NCBI GenBank assembly: GCA_047947115.1
Contig: CP170459.1
Span: 1,888,001-1,952,000 of the forward strand
DNA length: 64,000 bases
DNA from: Verrucomicrobiota bacterium
GTDB lineage: Bacteria; Verrucomicrobiota; Verrucomicrobiia; Limisphaerales; AAA164-E04
Direction of reading: 5' to 3'
Positions 37,658-48,298 of the stretch are shown here, one piece after another (within the stretch, counting starts at the first letter, position 1; every line of letters begins with the position of its first letter). The notes under the pieces are model-generated. The model saw nothing but the letters and a program-made list of their open reading frames with translations. It searched no databases and was not told the origin of the DNA. A program made the translations under genes and the position numbers.

Positions 37658-40600
37658 GTTCGGGTAGCCAAATTCGGGGGCGTGCACCGAGGGGAACAGT
37701 TGAACAAAAAATCGCCGAGATATGGTGTGAATTATTGTCAATCAAAGCTGTGGGGATTGAGGATAGCTTTTTCGAACTTGGCGGTCATTCTCTGCTACTG
37801 GTACAAGCCGAGCATCGATTGAATCAATGTTTTGAAAAGCAAGTGACTTTGGTTGATTTGTTCAAGTACTCAACGATTGAATTGCTGGCGAAGCATTTGG
37901 GGGAATCGGGTGAAGAACAGCCGAGTCTGGCTCGCGGTGACGATCGGGCTAAGCATCGACTTTCCAGTTCTTCCAGTGAGCATCTGAGCGAGGGAGTGGA
38001 AATTGCGGTGGTGGGCATGGCTTGTCGGTTCCCTGGCGCGGAGAATCCGGAGAGTTTTTGGTCAAATCTCATGAACGGTGTGGAGTCGATTACGTTCTTT
38101 TCGGACGAGGAGATCTTGGCTTCCGGAATCGATCCGCGCTCGGTGTCTGATCCTAGATATGTCAAAGGCAATCCGGTCCTTGAAGGAATTGAATGGTTTG
38201 ACGCCGGCTTCTTCGATCTGAGCGAGCGAGAGGCCAGGTTGATGGATCCACAGCAGAGACTTTTTTTGGAATGCGCGTGGGAAGCTCTTGAGGATGCAGG
38301 TTACGATTCGACCCGATATGAAGGTTCCATAGGCGTTTTCGGGGGAGCCAGCATGAGTACCTATCTGCTCAATAATGTTTTCGCGAATCGTGATCGCCTG
38401 GATGCACAGGATGATCTCGATGTGGCCACTTTGGACTCGATGGGGGGATTCCAACTCATGGTTGCCAATGATAAGGATTACTTGACGACGCGAGTTTCCT
38501 ATAAGATGGATCTCAAGGGACCCAGTGTAAATGTTCAAACCGCGTGCTCGACTTCCCTTGTCGCAGTACATCTTGCGGTGCAAAGCATCCTTAACGGTGA
38601 ATGCGACATGGCGATGGCGGGAGGGGTCTCGGTCAAATCGCCCCAGAAAGTGGGACACCTTTTTCAAGAGGGAATGATTGTCTCTTCGGATGGGCATTGC
38701 AGGGCCTTTGATGAACACGCCGATGGAACGGTGTTTGGAAGCGGCGCCGGAGTTGTCGTCCTGAAGAGTCTCGATCAAGCACAGCGAGACGGGGATCACG
38801 TTTATGCCGTCATCAAGGGGTCGGCGGTGAACAATGACGGTGGAGCCAAAGTTGGGTATATGGCTCCGAACGGTGAGGGTCAAGCGGCGGCCGTCATGGA
38901 AGCGTTAGGGGTGGCTGGAATCTCTCCCGAAACCATCGGATACGTGGAAGCCCACGGCACCGGAACACCGATTGGAGATCCGATCGAAGTTAGCGCCTTG
39001 AGCCAAGTATTTAGAAAATACACGGACAAAGCGGGATTCTGTGCGCTTGGCTCCGTTAAGACAAACGTCGGACATCTTCAAATTGCCTCGGGGATCGTTG
39101 GATTTATCAAAGCGGTCTTGGCCTTGAAATACGGCACCGTTCCACCGACGCTCCACTTCCATCGGCCCAATCCGGCGATTAGACTGGAAGAAAGCCCGTT
39201 TTTCATCAACACCCAAGGACTGCACTGGCCCGATCGCGGGAATGGTCCACGTCGCGCGGGCGTCAATTCACTGGGCATCGGTGGAGCGAACGCTCATGTT
39301 ATATTGGAGCAAGCGCCTCAATCGTACGTCAGCACTTCCGAAGAAGGAGCGCGGGGGCGTCATGTTCTCACGATTTCCGCCAAGAACCCCGAAGCGTTAC
39401 TAGGAAACGTCGAACGATTGGAGAGCTGGTTAAGCCAAGACCGATCCTGCGTTCTGCCTGACCTTTGCTACACGTATAACGTGGGACGAAAATCCTTCGG
39501 ATATCGAACTGCCATCACAGCATCATCCGTTGAGGAATTACGAACCGAAGTCAAGGAACTCAGAAGACGTCTTCTTGTCGGGGAGACTGTGGCCAAGCAT
39601 GCGAATGATTCCTCGGCAAAAGTCTGTTTTGTGTTTACCGGACAGGGTGCCCAGTACCCGGGGATGGGACGAGAGTTGTATGAGATATTTCCGACTTTTC
39701 GTGATGCGTTTGATCGCTGTGATGTCCCCCTTGATGGAGAAGCAGGTCCTTCTTTGAAAACCATGCTTGGTTGGGATGATTCGCAGGGAAACATCGTCAA
39801 TCTCACGGAAAATGCCCAACGCTACCTGTTTGCGTTTGAATACTCGCTGGCGCAGTTGTGGATGTCATGGGGGATTCAGCCCTCAGCGTTCATCGGACAC
39901 AGCGTGGGCGAATATGTCGCCGCATGTCTTTCTGGACTTTTTACTTTGGAGGAAGGGATGCGTCTTGTGTCCGCACGTGGAAGGCTGATGGGGGCTTTGC
40001 CCGCGGGAGGGGGCATGGCTGCCGTGTTCGCTTCGTCGGAGGAAGTGCAAAAGCGTATTGATGGGATGGAATCAACCCTCGATATCGCTGCGATCAACAG
40101 CTCCACGCATACGGTGATTACCGGTCCTATTGATTCGATACGTAAAGCGATGAGTCTTTTCGAAGATGTGGGAGCCCGGGAACTGCGGGTTTCTCATGCC
40201 TTCCATTCCGCCTTGTTGACCCCAGCGTTAGATGAGTTTGAAAGTCACTTGAATGCCATCCAGTGGGGCACGGCTGTCATTCCGATATACGCCAACCTCA
40301 CCGGTAAGCTGGCGACTGATGATATTGCCACGGCGGATTATTGGTTGAAGCATGCCCGACGGCCGGTGCTTTTCGAGGACGCGGTGGAAGCTGCTGCTGA
40401 GGCCGGATATCACACTTTCCTGGAAATCGGACCCCGAGGCGTGCTGATGGAATTTCTATCGAGCATACTGAAAGGCAAGCGCGGACATTGTTTAACCAGC
40501 GTGACGGCAGGGAGGGGGGAAGTCGATCAACTTGTCGATACCGCTGCCGCCATTTTTCGGCACGGTATCGACGTCGATTGGGTTGCCTTCGATGCCCCTT

Positions 40601-43600
40601 TCTCCAGACGCCGTATTCCGGCGCCGACTTATGCCTTTCAACGCAATCGATATTGGTTGGACGTTCGGCCAGCCCGGGGAGCGGTGACAAATCAGACCCG
40701 AGCGGATACGGATAGCATCCATTTGAACGTTGACGAAACAAGCGAGGGTGAACGTCTGGGGATACTCGGTGAGCGCCTTCCTTTGCCTCTTATTGAGGAT
40801 GCTGTGTTTCAAACAGCTCTCGATGTCCGTCGGTTTGCGTTTTTAGCTGATCACCGAGTTTTTGGGAAACTGGTGGTTCCGGGTGCCGTCTATGTCTCCA
40901 TGGCCCTTGAGGCCGTCAAGCGGTTGGGGAATTCGGAGACACAGGCAGTTGCGTTGGAGGGAGTGGCTTTCCGTCGTGCCCTTGTGCTTCCGGATTCCAG
41001 CGAAGGTTCTGTAATGGTCCATCTCGCAATGGGGAAGGAACTAAACTCAGTGAGATCCTTCCGGCTCGCTCAGGTGGGAGAAGATACCCGGTCCTTTACC
41101 CTGCACGCAGAGGGTAAAGCTATCCTCGAACCCGGAGGGATGCATGTTTCGGAAAATGGTCGAGGCACTATTGCTTCAAATCACGAGGGATTCGAATCCT
41201 CACGAAAAGGTTGCCCCACTCCCATCTCGCTCGATGCATTTTACGAGATGCAACATTCTAGATCTATTCAGCTGGGGGCTTCATATCGATGGATGCAGGA
41301 AATCTGGCGTGGCGATGGGCGGGCTGTATGCCGCATCAAATCCCCTGATAGTGTGCGGGCCAAACTGGGGCCATCTTTACATCCCGGTTTGATAGATGCC
41401 TGCTTTGGCTTGCTGGTTGCCAGTCTGGATATGGCTGTCGAGGAATCACTTGTTCCATTCCGTGTAGAGAAAGTCGAGTGGCTCAACGACTGCGAGGGGG
41501 TCGGGTTTTGGGCCGAAGCCGTGATCTCCACGGAGACTAACATTGAGGAAGGGCGACTGATTGGAAGCATCACTCTGTTCGATGACGATAATCGCGAGGT
41601 GCTTCGGTTGATCGACTTGGAGGGACGCCGGGCGAGTCGTTCCGAGATCCTAAGGGAAATCCTTCCACATGCCGATTTGCCTCGTTGGGAACATCATTGG
41701 CGCGCGATGAATCTCCCGGATTTGGTGAAGAAACCCTCTGATTCTTATGCTGGAAAATGGTGGGTGGTGTCCTTGGGAGGCGCTATAGAAGGATGCTCCC
41801 TGGTGTCAAACTTACTTGAGGAAAGAGGCTCCAATGTCATTCACTGGACGGTGTCGAGTGATAGCTCATCAACTTCCGGATCAGTTTTGTCTTCGGAAAA
41901 TGTCGTTGAAATGCGGAAACAGCTCTGCAAAGAGGACGCAAAGTTCCAGCCATTGCGAGGCGTGGTTGTGCTGGCCACGAATTCCAAGGAGGAACAGTTG
42001 TCTCTCCACGCTGGTTACGATCAATTACGTGGCATGCTTAGTTTGGTAAAGGTGCTGGCTGGCGGTAATTTGGATCCCGATTTTTCACTCTCCTTGATAA
42101 CTCGGAATGCGTTTGCGGCGGTGGACGGTGAGGCTTCGCACGAGCCGTTTTCTCGGGCGCTATGGGGGTTTTTCCGCAGCATGGAGGTCGAGTTTCCCAA
42201 CTGGGCGATTCGTTTCCTAGATTGCGATGGCTTGGATGCGGATGCCTCTCAAAGTACTGACAATCTGGAGCAACTTAAATCCATGCTCAATGCTTGGTTG
42301 ATCGATACGTCCGGTTCGATTGCTTGGAGATATCGGTTGGGACATCTTGATCAACTCCAAATCCAGGCCAGCTCCGCCAAGAGCTCTCACCGCTTGGATT
42401 CACTGGAGGCATTGGCCTCAAATGGCGGAGGGGTATTACTGGTTGGAGGAACGGGCGCGTTGGGATCTCTGGTGGCGGAATGGTTGCTATCAAGACGAAT
42501 CGAGCGAGTTTATTTGATGTCTCGGAGTGGTAAACTCAAGGCCGATGATCATTCCAAAGATCACTCGCTCTCTCAAAGTTCCAGAGTCCGATGTATTCAG
42601 GCGGATGCTGCCGACCTAAATTCCTTGAGCACCGCGATCAATCGGATTGAATCTGAGGATGGGCCGGTTCGTGGGGTTATTCACATGGCCGGAATCTTGA
42701 AGGACGCGATGGTTACGGAGCAGACTTGGGAGAACTTTGAAACCGTGTTGGAATCCAAGATTGCCGTGGCAGCCAATCTGGATGAGGTGTTTCAAGACCG
42801 CACGCTTGATTTTTTCGTGCTCTTCTCCTCCGCCGCAAGCGTTCTGGGTAACCCCGGGCAAACGAATTATTCAGCAGCTAATGCTTATCTGGATGCGCTT
42901 TCGTCTGCACGTAGGGCGAGGGGAGTCGTTGCTTCGTCCGTCGCCTGGGGACCATGGGCTTCTTCGGGGGGGATGGCTGACTCTCGACTCACTCATGAGC
43001 ATTTTGCTTCCGTGGGTATTAGCCCGATCGAACCTGCGGGCGCTCTCCGGGCTTTGGAATACATTCTTGAATATCAACCCGCTCATGTTGTTATCATGGA
43101 CGTTGATTGGTCCCGTTACTTGCAAGTCTACCCTAATCGTCATAGATGGATCCCCGTGACTTCCATGGTCACCGAGGATTCGTATCATCCGAGTTCATTC
43201 AATAAATCGCAATACGTGGATAGATTGGGGCTAGCCGAGGAGCAGGACGATTGGAAACCGGAAGTCGGCAAGATCGTTGACGAGGTGGTTCAATTGATTC
43301 TGGGGTTAGATGATCCATCTAAACTGTCCGGCAGTGTCCCTTTGATGGATCAAGGGCTCGACTCGCTCATGGCCGTCGAGCTACGTAATAAATTAGCCGC
43401 TGGATTCGGTCTGACACTTCCGGTGGGCCTTGTTTTTAGCTGCCCAACGACACGGGACCTCAGCGAATACTTGATCGAACAGATACATAACACCAAAGGG
43501 CTGGACAAGGTCGATGCCGGTCATGAGGGTGATCTCGTCGGTGCGGAAAAGGATGCTAGCGATTATACCTATTTGGATGGCTTGAGCAGGGAGGAAATCG

Positions 43601-43629
43601 AGAGCTTGCTTGATGAAGAACTGGAGTGA
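37387..43629 (+). CDS. Starter PKS-NRPS part 3: end of MT-T-KS-AT(malonyl)-DH-KR-ACP-docking
   Basis: GGHSL; QTACSTS/EAHGTGT; GHSVGE and HAFHS; DH HRVFGKLVVP; KR GGTGALG, LKD, NYSAAN; ACP GLDSL; acidic C-terminal helix. Confidence 0.93.
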   Translation: MCFLQRGQSGLFSAGVLHRTNDEDLPFEHESYHHDGGFKATPFYQRMFGENPFGCLAQDTNEFYGRYLDDMVFDVTGHPDTAVLATLGELSSGSQIRGRAPRGTVEQKIAEIWCELLSIKAVGIEDSFFELGGHSLLLVQAEHRLNQCFEKQVTLVDLFKYSTIELLAKHLGESGEEQPSLARGDDRAKHRLSSSSSEHLSEGVEIAVVGMACRFPGAENPESFWSNLMNGVESITFFSDEEILASGIDPRSVSDPRYVKGNPVLEGIEWFDAGFFDLSEREARLMDPQQRLFLECAWEALEDAGYDSTRYEGSIGVFGGASMSTYLLNNVFANRDRLDAQDDLDVATLDSMGGFQLMVANDKDYLTTRVSYKMDLKGPSVNVQTACSTSLVAVHLAVQSILNGECDMAMAGGVSVKSPQKVGHLFQEGMIVSSDGHCRAFDEHADGTVFGSGAGVVVLKSLDQAQRDGDHVYAVIKGSAVNNDGGAKVGYMAPNGEGQAAAVMEALGVAGISPETIGYVEAHGTGTPIGDPIEVSALSQVFRKYTDKAGFCALGSVKTNVGHLQIASGIVGFIKAVLALKYGTVPPTLHFHRPNPAIRLEESPFFINTQGLHWPDRGNGPRRAGVNSLGIGGANAHVILEQAPQSYVSTSEEGARGRHVLTISAKNPEALLGNVERLESWLSQDRSCVLPDLCYTYNVGRKSFGYRTAITASSVEELRTEVKELRRRLLVGETVAKHANDSSAKVCFVFTGQGAQYPGMGRELYEIFPTFRDAFDRCDVPLDGEAGPSLKTMLGWDDSQGNIVNLTENAQRYLFAFEYSLAQLWMSWGIQPSAFIGHSVGEYVAACLSGLFTLEEGMRLVSARGRLMGALPAGGGMAAVFASSEEVQKRIDGMESTLDIAAINSSTHTVITGPIDSIRKAMSLFEDVGARELRVSHAFHSALLTPALDEFESHLNAIQWGTAVIPIYANLTGKLATDDIATADYWLKHARRPVLFEDAVEAAAEAGYHTFLEIGPRGVLMEFLSSILKGKRGHCLTSVTAGRGEVDQLVDTAAAIFRHGIDVDWVAFDAPFSRRRIPAPTYAFQRNRYWLDVRPARGAVTNQTRADTDSIHLNVDETSEGERLGILGERLPLPLIEDAVFQTALDVRRFAFLADHRVFGKLVVPGAVYVSMALEAVKRLGNSETQAVALEGVAFRRALVLPDSSEGSVMVHLAMGKELNSVRSFRLAQVGEDTRSFTLHAEGKAILEPGGMHVSENGRGTIASNHEGFESSRKGCPTPISLDAFYEMQHSRSIQLGASYRWMQEIWRGDGRAVCRIKSPDSVRAKLGPSLHPGLIDACFGLLVASLDMAVEESLVPFRVEKVEWLNDCEGVGFWAEAVISTETNIEEGRLIGSITLFDDDNREVLRLIDLEGRRASRSEILREILPHADLPRWEHHWRAMNLPDLVKKPSDSYAGKWWVVSLGGAIEGCSLVSNLLEERGSNVIHWTVSSDSSSTSGSVLSSENVVEMRKQLCKEDAKFQPLRGVVVLATNSKEEQLSLHAGYDQLRGMLSLVKVLAGGNLDPDFSLSLITRNAFAAVDGEASHEPFSRALWGFFRSMEVEFPNWAIRFLDCDGLDADASQSTDNLEQLKSMLNAWLIDTSGSIAWRYRLGHLDQLQIQASSAKSSHRLDSLEALASNGGGVLLVGGTGALGSLVAEWLLSRRIERVYLMSRSGKLKADDHSKDHSLSQSSRVRCIQADAADLNSLSTAINRIESEDGPVRGVIHMAGILKDAMVTEQTWENFETVLESKIAVAANLDEVFQDRTLDFFVLFSSAASVLGNPGQTNYSAANAYLDALSSARRARGVVASSVAWGPWASSGGMADSRLTHEHFASVGISPIEPAGALRALEYILEYQPAHVVIMDVDWSRYLQVYPNRHRWIPVTSMVTEDSYHPSSFNKSQYVDRLGLAEEQDDWKPEVGKIVDEVVQLILGLDDPSKLSGSVPLMDQGLDSLMAVELRNKLAAGFGLTLPVGLVFSCPTTRDLSEYLIEQIHNTKGLDKVDAGHEGDLVGAEKDASDYTYLDGLSREEIESLLDEELE

Positions 43630-43807
43630 TAGGCTTGATCGCGTTGCGTTGCATGCCGTCTGGTTCGTGGTGTTCTGCGGACACAACGTTACTCATAAAA
43701 GAACCGATGCTTTGAGATTGCGGTGATACTTAGGATTGTTTACAAAAGGAGTCAGAAAATGGCCCTGTTGCCGTTGCTTTTATGGCCAACGGGATACGAT
43801 ACCAATA

Positions 43808-45466
43808 ATGGAATTTCTTAAATACCTTCGCCGAGAGTCCGAGGACTTCAATGCCAACTTGATCCTTGTTGGCGTATTCGCGGGCGTCGTTAACCTCATC
43901 TTGATCATTGTGTTGACCCTTGCGGCTTCCAAGGCTGCAACAACGCGGCCGGATGGCACGAGTCTGGCGCTTACCGCGCTTTGCATCGCAGCTTTTTGGT
44001 TTAGCAAGAAGTATCTCCTGACTAGAGCAACCATTATTGTTGAAGAGATCATTGGCAAAGTCCGACGTAGGATAGTATCCAAGATCAGGGAAACGGATTT
44101 GGCCTCTTTTGAAAATACGGGTCCGGAAGCATTTATCAATGCCGTGTCGATACATGCGAACACACTTTCGCAGGCGTCCATCCACGTCATCCATAATTCC
44201 CACGCGGTTGTCATGGTTCTGCTGGCCTTCGGATTCATTTATTATCTCTCGCAGCCAGGCTTCTGGATCGTGACAAGTGTACTGGGCGTTCTGGTTTGGG
44301 CTTTTTTTCGCAATCGTACCCCGTTGAACAAGGCTTTGAGGAAAATAGCGCACACAGAAAACGAATTCATGCGCGGCTTTGCTGATTTAACGGATGGATT
44401 CAAAGAATTGAAAATGGACACCAAGCGTGACCGGGAGTTTATAGAAGATTTTCTTCACGGACTGATCGAACGGTGCATGGATCTGAAGAAGCGGACAAGC
44501 CACATGATTAACCACAATCTCCTTATCGCTCACTCAGCACTTTTTTTTCTGCTCAGCGCGGTCGTTTTTATCCTGCCTTCCTTTGGAGAGCAGGAAGCCG
44601 CCAGCGTCGTTCCCGTTGCCGCGGTTGTGATTTTTATTTTTGCGCCAGTCTCCGACTTGGTAGGAGCCATTCCGTTTCTTGCCCATGCTGGTGCTTCCGT
44701 TGAAGAGTTGGAACGTATCGAAAATGTTCTCAATGCCATCCGCAAGGAGGATGCCTCAGTGATGAACGGCAACGATGGACTTGTCGAGGAGGAGTTCTCC
44801 AAGCTTGAGATGAAGCAAATCAAATTTCATTACCAGGACAAGTCGACCGATGAAACTTTCACTCTCGGCCCAGTCGACTTTGAACTGAACAAAGGAGAGT
44901 TGGTTTTCATGATCGGTGGCAACGGCAGTGGTAAGTCGACTTTTCTAAAATTGCTTACCGGCCTTTACCAACCGGATTCGGGTGTTATCGAAGTAAATGG
45001 GCGTAGGCTGGGGAATAAGCAGATCCGCGGATATCGTAATCTCATGTCGCCCATTTTTTCGGATTTTCACCTATTCAACCAGCTCTTTGGAATCAATCCT
45101 GTTGAATCAGAAAAAGCGGAACGGTATATCGAATGGCTTGAATTGACCGGGAAAACCAAAATTAAGAATAAGTCGATTGCCAATTTGAGTCTCTCAGCCG
45201 GACAACGTAAACGAGTGGCGCTCTTGGTGTCTTTGTTCGAGGACAAACCGATTCTGGTATTTGACGAATGGGCTGCGGAGCAAGATCCGGAGTTTCGTAA
45301 AAAGTTTTATCTGGAGATTATTCCGGAGTTTCGCAGAGCCGGTAAAACCATTTTCGCTATTACTCATGACGAGCACTTCTTTCACACTGCAGACAGAATC
45401 GTCAAAATGGATTACGGCCAGATTAGCGAGATCAGCTCTGGTAAAGCCAAACGACCAATGGGTTAA
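43808..45466 (+). CDS. Cyclic-peptide export ABC transporter, SyrD/YojI/PvdE family
   Basis: N-terminal TM domain, GFKELK, Walker A GGNGSGKST, IFSDFHLF, LSAGQRKR, FDEWAAEQDPEFR. ATG at 43808 preferred. Confidence 0.93.
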   Translation: MEFLKYLRRESEDFNANLILVGVFAGVVNLILIIVLTLAASKAATTRPDGTSLALTALCIAAFWFSKKYLLTRATIIVEEIIGKVRRRIVSKIRETDLASFENTGPEAFINAVSIHANTLSQASIHVIHNSHAVVMVLLAFGFIYYLSQPGFWIVTSVLGVLVWAFFRNRTPLNKALRKIAHTENEFMRGFADLTDGFKELKMDTKRDREFIEDFLHGLIERCMDLKKRTSHMINHNLLIAHSALFFLLSAVVFILPSFGEQEAASVVPVAAVVIFIFAPVSDLVGAIPFLAHAGASVEELERIENVLNAIRKEDASVMNGNDGLVEEEFSKLEMKQIKFHYQDKSTDETFTLGPVDFELNKGELVFMIGGNGSGKSTFLKLLTGLYQPDSGVIEVNGRRLGNKQIRGYRNLMSPIFSDFHLFNQLFGINPVESEKAERYIEWLELTGKTKIKNKSIANLSLSAGQRKRVALLVSLFEDKPILVFDEWAAEQDPEFRKKFYLEIIPEFRRAGKTIFAITHDEHFFHTADRIVKMDYGQISEISSGKAKRPMG

Positions 45467-45610
45467 CCCGGCTGGAGATTTTCGAGGGGAATCCAACGTT
45501 CCACTTCGCCGAGTAATAATCACGTGGGGTAGGGTGAAAGTGCGTTTTATGTGTGCGCACCTTCCGCTATTCCTCGTAACTCATGGGATCGAGGAGAAAC
45601 CACAGGCCCT

Positions 45611-45650
45611 CCTGCGGGTTTGAACCATGACCACGCCACAAACCCGCAGG
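45611..45650. terminator. Stem-loop between convergent genes (possible terminator)
   Basis: Perfect 12-bp IR CCTGCGGGTTTG / CAAACCCGCAGG with a 16-nt loop; no clear U tract. Confidence 0.4.
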
Positions 45651-45681
45651 GAAACAAGCGCAAAAGCGCATCCTGTAATGC

Positions 45682-45873
45682 TTAATTCGATGTAGAAGAA
45701 CTTGCCCGCGTTTCTTCCATACGTTGCTCGAAAGCTATCGCAAGCAAGCCGAGCACGGGGGATAACAAAAGACTCAAGATAAAATTGCCCCAGAATTTAA
45801 GGGTCCGATCCTTGCCGATGTAAGCGACCAGGAGGCAAATAACCGTGTATGTTAATAGAAGCATTGGGTTCAT
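45682..45873 (-). CDS. Small two-helix membrane protein
   Basis: Two hydrophobic segments flanking GKDRTLKFWG, then SLLLSP; start 45873 or 45864 is more plausible than 45939. Confidence 0.6.
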   Translation of the reverse strand: MNPMLLLTYTVICLLVAYIGKDRTLKFWGNFILSLLLSPVLGLLAIAFEQRMEETRASSSTSN

Positions 45874-46330
45874 ATTTCGAATGTTGTGTTGTTTGACGTT
45901 ATAAATATTATTGCGGATCAGACGATATTTTCTCATCACTGCAAAGCAGCCTTTAAATCACCATCCACGTTAAGACGATAAAATATATCCAATTCTTATG
46001 CAAGATGAAAATCCCGCAATTCCAAATCACCCATTATACTCAATCACAGAAGGATGCAAAAACTTGTCCAAGGAAATGAGGGATCATCTTAAGGAACTTT
46101 TTTTAACCTCAATAAGCCGTCCGAAAGTTTGCCTTTTTCCTTAGCCCAATTTCTGTCGCCCGTTCGGAACGATTTTGGACTTAGGGCTTATTACATCGGG
46201 AGGTATCATATTGCACTAATACGCAATAACCGCCTCGCTTCGTGCTTGCCTGTTTAGAAATGTTCGAACACACTGGCCTCGCAGTGTTTGTTGAAACAGA
46301 AGGAGGTGCGCTTTGCTATCCAAACATGTC

Positions 46331-47401
46331 ATGAACCAGGAAAATGAATCTCAGAAAGAGATAAAATGCGTCATATGGGATCTCGACAATACCATTTGGG
46401 ATGGAACCCTGCTTGAGCCCGAGCCAGTGGTATTGAAGGAGGGAGTGACCGAAATATTGGAGGAGCTTGATCGCCGGGGGATCCTTTTGTCTATCGCCAG
46501 CAAAAACAACCATAAAGCTGCCATTCAGCAGCTTCAAACCTTCAAATTGGATCACTTTTTCTTAACCCCGGAGATTGGTTGGAATGCGAAATCCTCATCG
46601 ATAAGTCGCATCGGAGAGGTCCTCAATCTTGGCCTTGATACATTTCTGTTTATTGACGACCAACCGTTCGAACTCGCCGAAGTTTCATCAGCCCACCCGG
46701 AAGTGCGTTGTTTCCACGCCGAATCGATCGATGATCTATTGGCTCGAAGGGATCTGAATCCACGTTTTATTACGGGGGAAAGCAGCCGAAGACGAAGCCT
46801 CTACCGAGAGCAACTCAATCGACGGACTGCGGAACGGGAATACGTCGGTCCAAAAGATTCGTTTTTGGCCTCTCTTGGCATGGTATTCTCGATCCGTCGT
46901 GCAAAGGAAGCGGACTTGCGAAGAGCCGAAGAGTTGACGGTCCGCACTAATCAAATGAATGCTACGGGGCGCACCTACAACTACGATGAGTTGAAGGTGC
47001 TGAGCAATTGCCCTCAACACCTTTTGCTTATATGCTCGCTTAAAGACCGGTTTGGAGATCATGGTTACATCGGTCTAGCCTTGATTCAACGCCAGGAGCG
47101 GGCGTTCCTGCTTAAACTACTCTTGATGTCTTGCCGCGTAATGTCCCACGGCGTTGGTTCCGTTTTGCTGACATATGTCATGCACCTTGCGAAAAAACAT
47201 GCCCAAGAACTGATGGCTGAGTTCGTTCCTACACAAAGAAACCGGATGATGAAGATTACCTATCACTTCGCCGGATTCAATGTGCTGAGTGAGTTGGATG
47301 GCGTTCAGATTCTCAAGCATGATCTCGAAGCCATTCCGCTTTATCCGAACTATATCGAATTGCATGGACCTCAAGACATGAACAGCGCACACTTCCAGTA
47401 A
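46331..47401 (+). CDS. fkbH: Stand-alone FkbH/ZmaN-like glyceryl transferase/phosphatase (HAD-IIIC)
   Basis: WDLDNTIW (DxDxT), SIASKN, FIDD, RTNQMN, DRFGDHG, LLMSCRV. Confidence 0.93.
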   Translation: MNQENESQKEIKCVIWDLDNTIWDGTLLEPEPVVLKEGVTEILEELDRRGILLSIASKNNHKAAIQQLQTFKLDHFFLTPEIGWNAKSSSISRIGEVLNLGLDTFLFIDDQPFELAEVSSAHPEVRCFHAESIDDLLARRDLNPRFITGESSRRRSLYREQLNRRTAEREYVGPKDSFLASLGMVFSIRRAKEADLRRAEELTVRTNQMNATGRTYNYDELKVLSNCPQHLLLICSLKDRFGDHGYIGLALIQRQERAFLLKLLLMSCRVMSHGVGSVLLTYVMHLAKKHAQELMAEFVPTQRNRMMKITYHFAGFNVLSELDGVQILKHDLEAIPLYPNYIELHGPQDMNSAHFQ

Positions 47402-47414
47402 CAAGCCAACAAGT

Positions 47415-48284
47415 ATGAGTGACATGACTCCAATCAAAACAATCGGAATCGTCGGTGCGGGAACGATGGGGGTGGGAATTGCCGTTGATGCCATGCTGCA
47501 CGAGCTAAAGGCGATCATTGTGGACAAAGAGCCTGCACAACTTGAGAGGGCTCGAGCCGAGATTGCAAAAGGCGTTAGATTTGCGCCCATGATGAAGACG
47601 GGGATCCCGCGAGTTCACAGTGACCATTCCGACAAGGGGCTTTCCTTTTCAACCGATTTAGGGATGCTCGCCGAATGCGATTTTATTGTTGAGAACGTGA
47701 GTGAGCACCTCGAAACCAAACAGGAAGTTCATCGATCACTGGATCATATATGCCCGCCACAAATCTGTTTTGGAATAAATACTTCGTGTTTGCCAATCAC
47801 CCGGATAGCCGCAGTCACCAAGCGTCCCGACAAGCTTGTTGGGATGCATTTCATGAATCCTGTCTTCCTGAAGCCTGTTGTCGAGGTCATGAAGGGATTT
47901 CATACTTCAACGGAGACGCTTGATCAAGTAGCCGCTTTTCTTGGGCTTCTTGAGAAGGAGGCGGTGATCGTCCAAGACCTTCCAGGATTTGTGTCCAACC
48001 GCGTTTCACATCTTCTCATGAATGAGGCTATGTGGGTAGTGCAGGATCAGGTAGCAAGCGCCGAGCAGGTGGATCGGATCTTCAAGCAGTGTTTTGGTCA
48101 TGCAATGGGCCCCTTGGAGACAGCCGACCTGATTGGGTTGGATGTTGTTCGCGATTCTCTCAACGTGCTATATGAAAGCTTCCAGGATTCGAAATTCCGT
48201 TGTTGTCCCCTGTTGCAGCAAAAAGTCGATGCCGGAGAGCTTGGGCGTAAATCAGGTCAGGGTTTTTTCAGTTACACCAACTAA
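47415..48284 (+). CDS. 3-hydroxyacyl-ACP/CoA dehydrogenase, FkbK/ZmaG-like
   Basis: GAGTMG, NTSC, GMHFMNP, PGFVSNR, MGPLETADLIGLD; follows fkbH. Confidence 0.9.
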   Translation: MSDMTPIKTIGIVGAGTMGVGIAVDAMLHELKAIIVDKEPAQLERARAEIAKGVRFAPMMKTGIPRVHSDHSDKGLSFSTDLGMLAECDFIVENVSEHLETKQEVHRSLDHICPPQICFGINTSCLPITRIAAVTKRPDKLVGMHFMNPVFLKPVVEVMKGFHTSTETLDQVAAFLGLLEKEAVIVQDLPGFVSNRVSHLLMNEAMWVVQDQVASAEQVDRIFKQCFGHAMGPLETADLIGLDVVRDSLNVLYESFQDSKFRCCPLLQQKVDAGELGRKSGQGFFSYTN

Positions 48285-48298
48285 CCAAAACAATTTCC

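Noticed and set aside
5382..43629. Numerous 60-270 aa antisense or alternate-frame ORFs within the synthase genes
   Set aside because: Shadow ORFs overlapping well-supported long genes, with no motifs.
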